NCBI GenBank assembly: GCA_004431415.1
Contig: QPMI01000214.1
Location: 62,001-126,000 of the forward strand
Source: Cyanophora paradoxa CCMP329
Lineage: Eukaryota > Plantae > Glaucophyta
Direction of reading: 5' to 3'
DNA: 64,000 nt
In this document: positions 1-11,180 of the stretch, piece after piece
How positions within the stretch are numbered: position 1 is the first letter of the stretch
How the letters are laid out: every line of letters begins with the position of its first letter
Program-made: the position numbers and the translations under genes
The notes under the pieces: model-generated
What the model was told of the DNA's origin: nothing
Seen by the model: only the letters and a program-made list of their open reading frames with translations
The model's database searches: none

Positions 1-28
1 CTAGAGGAGATCTAGACCCGTTCAAGAA

Positions 29-2912
29 TCACCGGGCGCACCGAATGCTCTCCGGGTCGCGTCCACGTTCGAGCTGCTCCCGCACGGCCTGGATGGCATC
101 TTGAAGGGCCCCCGTCCACACCGTAGAGAAGCACCCCTGCAGCTGCTCGCGACCGCTTTGCCCCTTCTCGGCGGCAGCTGCAGCCTCGGCTTCGGCCCTG
201 TGCGTTGAGCGCAGGACGAGGAGCCTCTCAAAGGTCCCCTCCTGATGCCCACGAGGGCGGTGAGGGAGCGCCCTGCGCGCCCCTTCCTCGCCCCGCAGGC
301 GACGCGCACCGAGATCAAATCCTGCGAAGCATCGACCAGCCGCTTCCGCCCTCCCTTGCCGCCCTTGCCGGGCTGCTTCGAGCACAGGGCGCTGTACAGC
401 TGCCCCTCGACCGACCTCCAGAAGCCCGTCCCCATGACCGCGATCTGCCAGAGCCCAGCCAGGTGGATCAGGGCACCGCGAAGGGCCGGAGCCCCCGGAC
501 CGCCCCCCCCGCCCACGGCACCTCCTCCAGAATGAGGCGGAGCCCGTCCAGGCCGGCATTGTAGGCGAACACACACTCGCGTACGCCCGCCTTGCACCTT
601 CTGTACTCCTCGCCCTCGACGTCGAAGGTCAGGTGGTAGACCTTCGTGGCCTCGGCCTCCCTCTTCTTCTTCGTATCACGCGCGGGGAGGTCGCCGAAGC
701 TGCCGCCGGGCTCGCCTCGCCCTGAAAAGGAGTGAGGCATGCACAGGAGGAGGGCACGGAAGCTCCCGTGCCGCCAGAAATTGAAGGCCAGACGCACGCA
801 GCAGCTCGGCCGCGGCGGCACGGGAGTAGCCCGCCGGCACAGCCCCGTCCCGTGCGACGTGAACCTTGGCGCCGCACGGGATGTCGGAGAGGAGGCGCTG
901 CTCGGAGGGGGACCATTCTTCCTTCGAAATCGCCCGCGTCGCCCCCTCGAGCGGCTTCCAGAGCTGTGCACGGGGGGGAGGGGGGGGGAGGGGGAGGGGG
1001 GGGAGGGGGGGGGGGGGGCGGGGGGGGGGAGCATCAGGGGTAGGGCCCACAGCAGCGGACGGCCATCGCGCACAATTTCCGATGCTGCCCGTGCCCCCCC
1101 GTGCTGCCAGAAGGCGACGAGCTCCCGGTTCGCGGCCTTGAACAGGTCCCACAGCGCGCCAGTGCGCTCCAGCTGCCCCCGCATCGGCTGCCGCTGCAGG
1201 AGCCCCTCCACGACGACTGGTTTCACGTCCCTGACGGCCCGTTTCAGGTCGGATGCAAAGCAGAGCCAAGCGCGCCCCAGGCAAAGCGTACCGCTTGGAG
1301 ACAGTCGCGAAGAGCTTGACGATGGCATCCACGACCCCCTCGAGCCCCTCGCCGAGGCGGCAGCGGGGACAGTACCACAGGCTCCGCGGCACCAACCCCG
1401 CAAAGTTGGGGGATGCGCCCCGCAGCTCGCTGAGCATGCGCAAGCCGGAGGAGGAGAGGAGGGAGGAGGGAGAGGAGGAGCTCGAGGAGGAGAAGGGGGC
1501 GGCGGCCGCGGGAGGGGGAAGTGCGCCGCCCTCCCCTCGGCAGCCAGGGTGGTACGGCCGAGCGCAACCGGCGCAGCGCGCGGCGATGACCTCGCTGAAG
1601 ACGGCGCTGAAGGCGAACCCCCGCCGGCCGTCGGCGGCGGCGGCGTTCACGAACCCCGCTGGGGCAAAGGCCCGCCTGCACGCGCCGCACTCCTCGCGCG
1701 GCGGCTTGGCGGAGGAGGCGTCGAGGAGGAGCCTAACCGCCTCCTCGGCCTCACCGCTCATGATCACGCCAGCCGTCGAGCCGTAGGCAAGGGGGGCGGG
1801 GCCGGGATCGGGCAGCGCGGAGCCCGAATGCGCGCAAGACTGCAATTCAGACGTGAGCGCAGCCACGGCAAAGATCTCTCACGGAGCGTACGATATTGAC
1901 GGTGAGGTCCTTGACAGGAGCGCTCGGGTCGTACTCCAGCGTCTCGTCCGGCCCCCAACGGAGTCTCCCTAGTAGGTGAGCGACGGGGCTCGAGCTCGCC
2001 CCGCGGATTCTCCTCGGGAGCAGCGGCTGCAGCTGTCCCGTGGGAGGAGGCGCCGGACGACTCGAGCGCACGCCCCGGCCCCCGGTCGCAGTTCCCGCGG
2101 GCCGCCTTCGCCTTTGCCCGGGCACCCACTGCGAACGGCAACAGCAGGTCGCCAAAGGAAGAGCACGCAGCGGAGGGGGAGGTAGATACACGCACCTCTT
2201 CGTCGAGGGCGTCGTCGAGCCGCGCGCCTGCGTCCTCATCGGACGTCGACTTGTCACTGTACTTGGACTCGAGCTTGTCACTGTACTCGTTCTCGAGCTT
2301 GTGCTGTGCCTGCGGCGGGCGAATGAGACGCCGCGCCCCACGCCCGCGCCGCCTTTCCACGTCCATGTGATGTGCACGCACATACGCCAAGAGGCCATCG
2401 AGCTCGGCCTGCGCGAGGGGGGAGGGGGCATGAGAAGCGTGCGATCGCACGTGCACGTGCGATCGGCAGCTGCAGGCCCAGGGGGGGGAAAGGCAGGTCC
2501 TCAGGGCGCTCACATCATCAGGGGCGACAGTAGAGCCGCCGCCGCCGTCGCCCTCCTCCAGCTCCATACCATCGCCTCCTTCGGGCCCTCCTTCGGTCTC
2601 CAGACCGGCCTGCGGCGAGAAACGATTGAGCGTGGAACATAACCTAGTGCCGACTGCGACTGCGCTAGCGCTGCCGCGAAGGCGAATCGCACGGCGTAGG
2701 CGGCTGGATGAGGGGTCGGGTCCGACTGCGAAAAGAAAGGAGGCCAAGGAGGTCAGAGAGACGGGAGAGGGAGAGGAGAGGGCCAGGGATGGGGCGGGGG
2801 GCCGCACCGCAGCCACCGGCGGCGCCGAGGCGCTCGAGCCATCGACGGCATCCTCGATTTCGACATCGTCGCTGACGTCGATCACGATCTCGATGTCGCC
2901 GTCGAGCTCCAT
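29..2912 (-). CDS. Multi-exon PHD-finger-like (Cys/His zinc finger) protein
   Basis: ATG at 2912 (MELDGDIEIVIDVSDD...). Internal exon CGACRRAF...RCAGCARPYHPGC...WYCPRC fits a C4HC3 PHD pattern. Exon pieces lie in several ORF-track frames separated by short introns. TGA at 29-31. Confidence 0.6.
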
Positions 2913-3166
2913 CGGTGCAGGCGAGGGCTCGCCGCCAGCGCCCCCACCCGCGAGCCGCCGCGCCAGCAGCAGCCGCCGCGCCCGCGCCCAAGCCCGGCCC
3001 CTCGCCCTGCGCAGCGAAGGGAACGAGGAAGTGAGGGAGCGAATGCCAGAGGCCCAGAACGGGGCGCGACCGGGAAACCAGTTCAGGCCGGCACGCGCGG
3101 CGCACGCGCACACGTGGCACGCAACCGCGCTCGGAACGCGCCGATGCAGCGCGACAGATCGCGATC

Positions 3167-3325
3167 GAACCGGTTCGCGAAACAAGTTGCGCCGATGCAC
3201 CCGATACATCACGACATTAAGAACCGGTTCGCGAAACGGGCCGCGCCAACTTGCAAGCTGCGCCGCCGAGCCGGTCCGATCCAGCATGACATTATAAGAG
3301 ACGGTTCGCGAAACGGGCCGCGCCA
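3167..3325. repeat. Three degenerate tandem copies containing CGGTTCGCGAAAC, upstream of the PHD gene
   Basis: Copies start at about 3167, 3221 and 3301. Copies 2 and 3 share CGGTTCGCGAAACGGGCCGCGCCA. Confidence 0.8.
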
Positions 3326-4211
3326 GCTCGGAAGCTCCGTCGGAACTGGCCCGCGCCCCCGGCCCCCATTAATATTGCCCTGCATGAGTGAATGGAACCA
3401 CGCCAGATCTGGTCTACTCCTTACCGAACTTCGGAACTATAGCTACGCGCATGATCATGACCGCGGTCGATCGCCGATCGGGTAACCGCTAGCGCTGCTG
3501 TTGAGTCAGTGTTGACCAGCACAGGGGTACAGTCAACCTCAGTCGATCTCAACCTTAGCGCCGTACTACGGTATACGTAATCGTAATCGTAATTCTTAAG
3601 CTTCATGTGATACTACTAGTACTAGGCTATGATATTGCTAGACGGTCGAGACAGTCTTAATGCTGATCGTAATCGTACGCGTGACCGTCGGACTCATGAT
3701 CAGTGATCGTAATTCTAGATCTTAGCTATATATATAGCTAGCCCCCTTGGTATACGTAAGGCCTGATGAGCTACATGGCCATCATGGCCGGGCAATAGCC
3801 TTATATAATTAATTATATGAGCTTAGCTTAGCTCCCGCTCATGATCACCGCAAACCGTGCCACGGTGATTCTGATCATGATCGTAATCGTGCATATGCAT
3901 ATATAGCTGCTGATCGCAAACCGTAATTTTGATCGTAATTCGTAACCCTTGGGCCTCTAGCTAGAGCTGCCAGGCTGCGCATGCAGGCCTAGGCGCCAAC
4001 CTCAGTCGATCTCAACCTTATACTCGGCGCAGCCGGACGCGTCGATGTTCGCGGCACAGTTTGAACCTCGCCATGCATATGATCATGAGCGACGACGTCG
4101 ACGCGCCGAGCAGCTTCGCCGCAGACGTCGTAATTCGTATACGTAACCCTAGGCCTTGCACTTGGCCCAGTGGGCCTCTTAGCCGCAACCGTACGCGTGA
4201 TTCTGATCGTA

Positions 4212-6311
4212 ATGGAGCCGCCGCGGCGCAGCATGCGCAAGGATGAAATCGCTGCGCTCGGCCGGTGGTTCGAATGTCCTGCCGTCCTGATCGTTGAACC
4301 CAGCACTCTTCAACAGCACTCGCCGATGCCGCTCCTCGGTGCTTGGAAACCTGTACCCTGAAATCTGGCTAGCCGCTAGCCGCTACCGCCCGCACGCCTT
4401 CGACCGCTAGCTAGCCGAGCGCTTCGAGGTAGCCGCTTAGAAGCGTGCGGCGCCGGCAGCGGTCAGAGATAAGCGGCTCCCTGCGGCTGAAGGAGCCTCG
4501 CATCCTTTGGCAGCGCTTAGAAGCGTGCGGCAGCGCTTAGAGGAGTGTGGCAGCGCTTAGTGTGGCAGCGGCTCTGCAGGCAATGCTCCAGTCTGCCTTT
4601 CAGTCCTTACGCCGGTGCGTCCTGCGTGCTTGGTTTGCGTGCTGCGCGCTCACGGCGTCTCAGGTTCTTCTCTCGCGCTGATGAGGCTCCACTGGCTGCG
4701 CCGGCCGACCCCTCGTCCACGAGCGATCCGCGCATGGGCACAGCGATGTCGACATGGGCCGCGCCGGACGCTGAACGTAACAGGCCCAGGCCGAGCAGTG
4801 CCACGCCGAAGCGGACATCTCTAGCGTCGATACTGTGAGTTCAGCGTAGACACGCAAGCTATAGCTAGCTGCATCTGTGACCTACGCCGCAGATGGGGAG
4901 GGCCGCAGACGCAGCAGCAGCCAAGCGATCCCAGCAGCTCGGGGCGAGCTTCAGGAGATGGAGGTCGCCTTCTTGCCGCATTCGTGCGCTTCGGTGCTGA
5001 GATTCTACGGAACACGTGTGACGGGGGCGGCAGGCCGAACGGCAGGGGAGGCGCAAAGATATGCAGGACGTCTCCGTCCTCCGCCCTCTGCTCGTGTCGC
5101 TGGGGAACAGCAGAGAAGTTAGTATGTTCGCTCTGTTCGACGGCCACGGCGGCCGGACGGCTGCAGATCTCGCTTCCACTACGCTTCCCGACGTGCTCGC
5201 TCAGAAGTTGAAAAACTTGCCGATTGCGAAAGCGCTTCGTGAGGCCTATATAGATACAAATTCAGCGATTGCGAAGGCTGGAATCACCGACGGCACGTGT
5301 GCACTCGCCGTTCTGATTGTGTCCTCACCCTGTGAGATGCTAATGTGCGTAAACTATCGCTTTCTTGAATGCCTTTGACTCGTGTGGCAGGTACTGCGCC
5401 AATGCTGGAGATTCTGAGGCGGTCCTCTGTCGGGGGGGCAAGCCAAAGCTCGTCAGCATCGCTCACAGGCCAAAAAATCCACAAGAAATAACGAGAATCA
5501 TTAGTGGAGGTGGCTTTGTGACTGCGCGAGGGAGAGTCAATGGTGCCACCTCATCTCGTTATTTCTTGTGTGATTCAAACCTTCGTGTGATTCAAACCTT
5601 CAGGAATTTTAGCTGTATCTCGGGCCCTCGGCGACATCCCGCTCCAACCTCATGTCTCACCCGAGTCTCGTTCATTTTTCTTCTGTGCAACTGCCGCACA
5701 GGCCTTATTTTTCGCACAGGCCCGAAATTACTGAAACGAAATTGGTCGGCGATGAAATCCTCATCATGGTTCGCCGAAACAGCGCTTAGAAGCGTGCGGC
5801 AGCGCTTAGAGGAGTGTGGCAGCGCTTAGTGTGGCAGCGGCTCTGCTGAGCCCTCGTAATCGCTCTCTAATCTAGATCTCTAGTCGTAATCGCAAGGGGA
5901 CTAATTGTGATCCCCTGATTTGTTTTTGCGCCCCTAGGGGTGCGATGGAATCTGGGACGTCTTGAGCAAGGAATCGGGTTTGTCCATTGTGAAGAGCGAG
6001 ATCTCCAACACGAACGAGATCGATCGCGTTGAGCGAGCAGCATGCGCCCTCCGGTAATCCTTGCCTTCGTGTTTGCCGAGTCTTGCATGATCAGAACCCT
6101 ATGCAGTGACAAAGCATTCTCGGCTGGCAGCACCGACAACCTCTCAGTCATCGTTGTGCGGTTCGCCTCGAGCCGGCCCCCGTCTGCTTCTCTGCCCTCT
6201 GCACGGATTGGTGCAGTGCCGGCGAGGGGGCTGGAGCTCCCTATTATTCGCAATTCGCGCCCCGCGAGCGCCGGTGCGGCGGTGCGAAGGGAGTCCATGC
6301 GTTCAGCATAG
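4212..6311 (+). CDS. Protein phosphatase 2C (PPM family), multi-exon
   Basis: Spliced motifs QGRRKDMQD, FALFDGHGG, YCANAGDSEAVLCRGG, HRPKNPQEITRI, ILIM|GCDGIWDVL and GSTDNLSVIVVRF. Stop at 6309-6311. The 5' exons and start are uncertain. Confidence 0.88.
4511..4577 (+). repeat. 67-bp degenerate minisatellite (GGCAGCGCTTAG units), copy 1
   Basis: Identical to 5780-5846. A near-identical inverted copy lies at 9957-10023. Both + copies sit in probable enlarged PP2C introns. Confidence 0.9.
5780..5846 (+). repeat. 67-bp degenerate minisatellite, copy 2, inside PP2C intron (~5769-5937)
   Basis: Identical to 4511-4577. Confidence 0.9.
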
Positions 6312-6390
6312 ACATGTGATGTGAGCTAGCGGCTAGCTAGCTGCATCTGTGACCTACGCATGTATGGGCGACACACACGAAGGTGCGGTC
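6298..6390 (+). repeat. Interspersed 3'-end motif (TAGACAYG...CTAGCGGCTAGCTAGCTGCATCTGTGACCTACGC), overlapping the PP2C stop
   Basis: Related copies at 4838-4888 (+), 11090-11176 (-), 22172-22237 (-) and 26633-26666 (-). Confidence 0.8.
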
Positions 6391-6691
6391 CCCAGGCTGG
6401 GCGACAACTAAGCTTAAGGTTGGACGTCTTTTGATTTCGATTACGATAAGGGGGGTTGAACGACGAAGCTAGGGTTGGACGACTTTGAATTGCGATGTCA
6501 TGCGGCATAGCTATATATAGCTGCAAATTTCTAAACCAGGAGTTTTAGCTTTAAATTATATATATCTCTCGCCCGCTGGGAGACATCTGGTCCCGCTGAC
6601 CGTCGTACGCGTACCGTGCATGCGCATATGCACTGGCCATGGAAGACATACCGGTACCGCCGCGGCGGGCCCGCGCGCGGCCGTGGCCATG

Positions 6692-6756
6692 GCGGCCGCA
6701 CTGCGGCAGTGTACATTCCCACACTTGTGACCTGCGTTTTCAGTACGTGTAATGCG
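6692..6756 (+). repeat. Partial copy of the ~200-bp intergenic repeat family (GTGTACATTCCCACACTTGT core)
   Basis: Matches the reverse complement of 14182-14250 and also 10655-10715. Confidence 0.8.
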
Positions 6757-6962
6757 AACCAGGAGTACCAACGTCTACCACTTGACGTACCCCTACAGGG
6801 AGTCCGGCCGGGGGCAGAGCCCTGCGAGCAGACTCCGGGTTGCAGTGTCGCGCGCCCTCAACGTAGCTTGCACGCGAACTAGGCACCGAACCCAGCGCAG
6901 CGCAACGGCATGGCTGCAGCTGGGCTCTAAGCTAGACCCGCAGCGCGCCAGGCTACGCACTG

Positions 6963-9817
6963 ATGTTCACGTTTCTCAAAAGGTTCGTGTGCATTACAGT
7001 GAGCACCTGCGGCGTTGTATGGCTCAGATGGGTGCAGAGCCTGGCCCTCCGCCGAGGAAAGCCACGGCCAGGTGGAAGAAGACGCGTCGCTCAGCGATGA
7101 GCAAGTCGGGGAAATCATTGGACTACTGCGACGGCACGCATTGGAGGGCCGGCTCCCGCCTCAGGCCCGGGCGCTCTTGAATGAAATCGTCTCGTCGACG
7201 AGCGCTCGGCCGGCCGGTGCGTCGCCGGCGCGCTCTAAGCGTATTCTTGCTGAGATCTTCCTTTCTGCAGGCGATGATGCGGAAGGTCCAGACGAAGCGG
7301 AGGAAGCCACCAGCTCACACCCCGTTCAAAACTCCGAATGGGGGGGCGATTCAGCCGAAGCGGAGGCATATCAGCACAAACGGCATCAACCGGGCCTGCA
7401 GCCTGGAAGAGAAGGCCAGGAGCACTTTGTCCAAGGTAAGCCAGCGCTACCGCGGGAAGATTCGCATTCTCAGTTGTGGCGCAGAGTCGCGCGCTCGGCC
7501 GGAGCCCGTGGCACACGATGCGGGGGCGCACGATATGCCGGCACACGCCGACCACGGTGATGGCGAGTCTGATGAGTGGGAGGACGATGACGACCTCGGT
7601 TACCGTCGCGTCCCCGCAGGCGATGACGGCGCGTTTGAGGATCTGCGCTCTGAAGCTATTCTTTCTTATCGATTCCCAGATTTCTTTCTCGAGGAGGTTG
7701 AGGACGAGTACGTGCAACAGCAGCAGCGAGTCGATATGGGAGAGGGCGAGGATGAGGACGAGATAGAGGACGGGGAGGACGACGTGGAAGACGAGGACGA
7801 TGAACAGCGCGTATTCGAACGATACTACAATTTCGCAGGGCGAGGCCAGGCACAGCAAGGCCAGGAAAATGGTGACGTTCAGGAGGCGGCCTTTCAGGCG
7901 GCGGAGCACGCTGGCGCAGAACCTTTGGTCGTGGGCGGCGTAGCCGGCAAAACCGCTGTTGGATCCTCTCCAATGCAGCCACCGGGTGTGAGTGAGACAG
8001 CTGCGCAAGGAGCGAAGGCCAGCAACGACGGTGAACCGGTTGTCGATGCAAAAGAAACGCCGGAATCAGCATCAGCAGCAGAAGTGAAAACAGACAGGGT
8101 GTTCCCGCCGGATGATCTTGCAGATGAGCTAGAGGTTCCTGGTGCAGCCTCCAAAAAAATGCAAGCTCCGGGCCAGAGTTCAGCAGCTCTTTCACCAAAC
8201 GACCTCGTGAAGGAGGACACCGTCGCTAGTGACAAGAACGACGCGCTCATTCAATCGCAGCCTGCGAGGGTGGACGACTCGCAGACAAGCGATGGAAAGG
8301 ACGCCGACGCCAAGGATGGTCTATCTCACACCATCGATGACGATGAGCATGTCCCCGATGAAGAAGATGCTCTGAGGATGATGCGGGAGCAGCAGCCTGT
8401 ATACGAGTCTTTTGATCTGAAGGTAGCAAGTTGCTCAGCGCTTGTTTGTCATAAAATCCCGGGCCACAACTCCGAGACCGCAGGTCATATACGAACGCAA
8501 TCGCACGGGGTTCGAGGAGACCAAGGACTTTCCGATTCGCATCAACTCCGTCATTGCTGGCCGGTATCAGATATTGGAGTATCTGGGATCGGCCGCCTTC
8601 TCGAAGGCAGTGCAATGCCTGGACCTACAGACGGGCCAACTGGTAATTCGTAGCTAAGCTGGGTGACTGCTTCCCTTGCTCAACCTGCGCAGATTTGTAT
8701 CAAGATCATCAAGAACAACAAGGATTTCTTTGACCAGAGCCTTGACGAAATCAAGCTGCTGAAGTACATCAACTCCGCAGGCAATGCCGATGAGAAGCAC
8801 GTCCTCCAGCTTTACGGTATTGCTGTTGACCAGTTCCGCATGTCCACGTCGCACTGACCGCCTGCTTGCAATAGATTACTTCTATTACAAGGAGCATTTG
8901 TTCATCGTTTGTGAGCTTCTGCGTGACAACTTGTACGAATTCAGCAAGTACAACCGTGAATCTGGCGGTGACAACTACTTCACCCTTCCACGGTTGCAGA
9001 AGATCACTTGGCAATGTCTCACGGCTCTGCATTTCATCCACTCCCTCAACCTCATCCACTGTGATCTCAAACCCGAGAATATTCTCATCAAGTCATATTC
9101 GCGGTACGTTGGAGCTTTCTAATCTGGGTGAGTTCTATTTTGTCCAAACGATACCGCTCAGATGTGAGGTCAAAGTTATCGACTTTGGTTCCAGCTGCTT
9201 CATCACCGATCATCTTAGCTCGTATGTGCAATCACGGTCCTACCGTGCACCCGAGGTACCTCTCTAAATGGCTTGAGTTGAATAAATCAGCTGGTATAAT
9301 TCAATGCAGGTCATTCTTGGGATGCCGTACGGGCAAAAAATTGATATGTGGTCGCTCGGGTGCATTCTCGCGGAGCTTTGGACCGGGAATGTGCTCTTCC
9401 ACAACGATTCCATTCATTCGCTGCTCTGTCGAATGCAGGCAATCGTTGGCCCGTTCCCCCGCGACTTTCTAAAGCGTGGCCACTATGTTCACAAGTACTT
9501 CACCCCGAAGAACATCATTTACGAGAAAGATCGTGACACAGGCCGCTATGTGTATGTATCATTTGTATTTCAGACATGCCGCTGCTGAAATATAGATGGC
9601 AGGTACCTCTTCCCAAAGCGGACGACCTTGAGGCACCGGCTCCGAACGGACGACAGCTTTTTCATCGATTTCATCAGGCAACTCCTGCAGATTGACCCCG
9701 ATTTGCGGTGTGCTCTCCATGTCCTGCAGGAAAGCTTGTTGATCGTGATTATGGTTCCGCAGGCCAACAGCAGAGGAGGCGATGCGACACCCCTGGCTCA
9801 GCACCGTTGCAATTTAG
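6963..9817 (+). CDS. DYRKP: DYRK-family kinase, plant/algal DYRKP subgroup, with long acidic N-terminal region
   Basis: RTGFEETKDFPIRINSVIAGRYQILEYLGSAAFSKA, KNNKDFFDQSLDEIKLL, HCDLKPEN, DFGSSC and SSYVQSRSYRAPE are typical of DYRKP. Ends MRHPWLSTVAI* at 9815-9817. Start approximate. Confidence 0.9.
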
Positions 9818-9956
9818 ACGTGTCCAAGTGTTAGCTTAGCTACATTTAACCGTGGCATGTGATGTTCTCTAACTGTTGGACAGGGGGTTGGGTTTGGAGG
9901 GAGGGGGGGGTTTGGGGTTTGACGGGAAGTTGAGAGCACGCTGCCACACTAAGCCT

Positions 9957-10404
9957 GCAGAGCCGCTGCCACACCAAGCGCTGCCACACTCCTCTAAGCG
10001 CTGCCGCAGGCTTCTAAGCGCTGTTTCGGCGAACCATGATGAGGATTTCATCGCCGACCAATTTCGTTTCAGTAATTTCGGGCCTGTGCGAAAAATAAGG
10101 CCTGTGCGGCAGTTGCACAGAAGAAAAATGAACGAGACTCGGGTGAGACATGAGGTTGGAGCGGGATGTCGCCGAGGGCCCGAGATACAGCTAAAATTCC
10201 TGAAGGTTTGAATCACACGAAGGTTTGAATCACACAAGAAATAACGAGATGAGGTGGCACCATTGACTCTCCCTCGCGCAGTCACAAAGCCACCTCCACT
10301 AATGATTCTCGTTATTTCTTGTGGATTTTTTGGCCTGTGAGCGATGCTGACGAGCTTTGGCTTGCCCCCCCGACAGAGGACCGCCTCAGAATCTCCAGCA
10401 TTGG
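9957..10404 (-). pseudogene. 448-bp inverted duplicate of a PP2C segment (exons plus introns)
   Basis: Reverse complement of 5399-5846. I see only two mismatches, both in the minisatellite tail. No start or upstream exons. Confidence 0.92.
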
Positions 10405-10411
10405 TTAGTTA

Positions 10412-10496
10412 ACGCTCTCACCCCGAACAGCACGGGTATAGTTAAAGCGTTGACGGTCTAGGAGTGGTCCCGCGCGCCCGTAGCTTAGAAAGAGCA
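10412..10496 (+). repeat. 85-bp dispersed duplicate, copy 1
   Basis: Identical to 25381-25465. Confidence 0.92.
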
Positions 10497-10524
10497 CGGA
10501 CTTTGACCCTGCCGCTTCAAAAAA

Positions 10525-10718
10525 ACGCGATGCAGCATCACCGTGGCACGCCGTGCGGGCACCTGCAGCCATAGCCAGTGTCCAGGGGGAGAAGGCAATG
10601 CAGGGCCCGGCCAGTCAGTTCACTGGTGGGCTGGGCCAGTGCTAGCGGCGATCGCAGCGGCAGTGTACATCCCGAGTCCCACACTTGTAGCCCGGGTTGC
10701 AATTTTAGTACGCGTACA
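10525..10718 (+). repeat. ~200-bp intergenic repeat, inverted relative to 14180-14402
   Basis: Shared blocks ACGCGATGCAGCATCACCGTGGCACGCCGTGC, CAGGGCCCGGCCAG, CTGGTGGGCTGGGCC and TCCCACACTTGTAGCCCGG. Confidence 0.85.
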
Positions 10719-11180
10719 CATGCTACGTATACGCTTGTAGCTGGTACTACGGTTGCGATTTTCACAGTACTAGTCCGCCCCCCCGTGCAGGCTTCCAATT
10801 GCAAGTTCCGTCCCGGCCCCACCGTGCCGTGCCTGCAGCTGCAGGAAATCCCCGCAGCCCACCGTCCACAGACGACTTCCCTCTCCAATTTCATGAGTTG
10901 ACTTCCCGCAGTGCCGAGCGGGGCCGCGGGAGGTCGGGGGCGTCTTTGATTACGACTCGGCGATTAAAATTAGGGGTTGGACGATCATCCGATGCTGCAC
11001 ACGTCACGCACGCGGCTTAGGCCGTGCACGGGTGGAGTGTACTCCCCTTGCGGGCCTCGGGGGGAACGGCAAGGTCGGCAACGGCAAGGGCCGCACCTTC
11101 CTATTTGTCGCCCAGACAGGCGTAGGGCACAGATGCAGCTAGCTAGCCGCTAGGTTGCATGTCTACGCTGAACGCAAATG

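Noticed and set aside
4511-4577. CRISPR-like array of GGCAGCGCTTAG units
   Set aside because: Units are ~12 nt with 3-8-nt linkers, there are no cas genes, and the context is eukaryotic and intronic.
6684-6707. GHGGRTAA peptide identical to the PP2C motif
   Set aside because: Only 8 codons in GC-rich sequence, overlapping an intergenic repeat, with no flanking PP2C similarity. Likely chance.
9881-9921. Telomere-like GGGTTT tract
   Set aside because: Irregular, with no tandem TTAGGG or TTTAGGG units.
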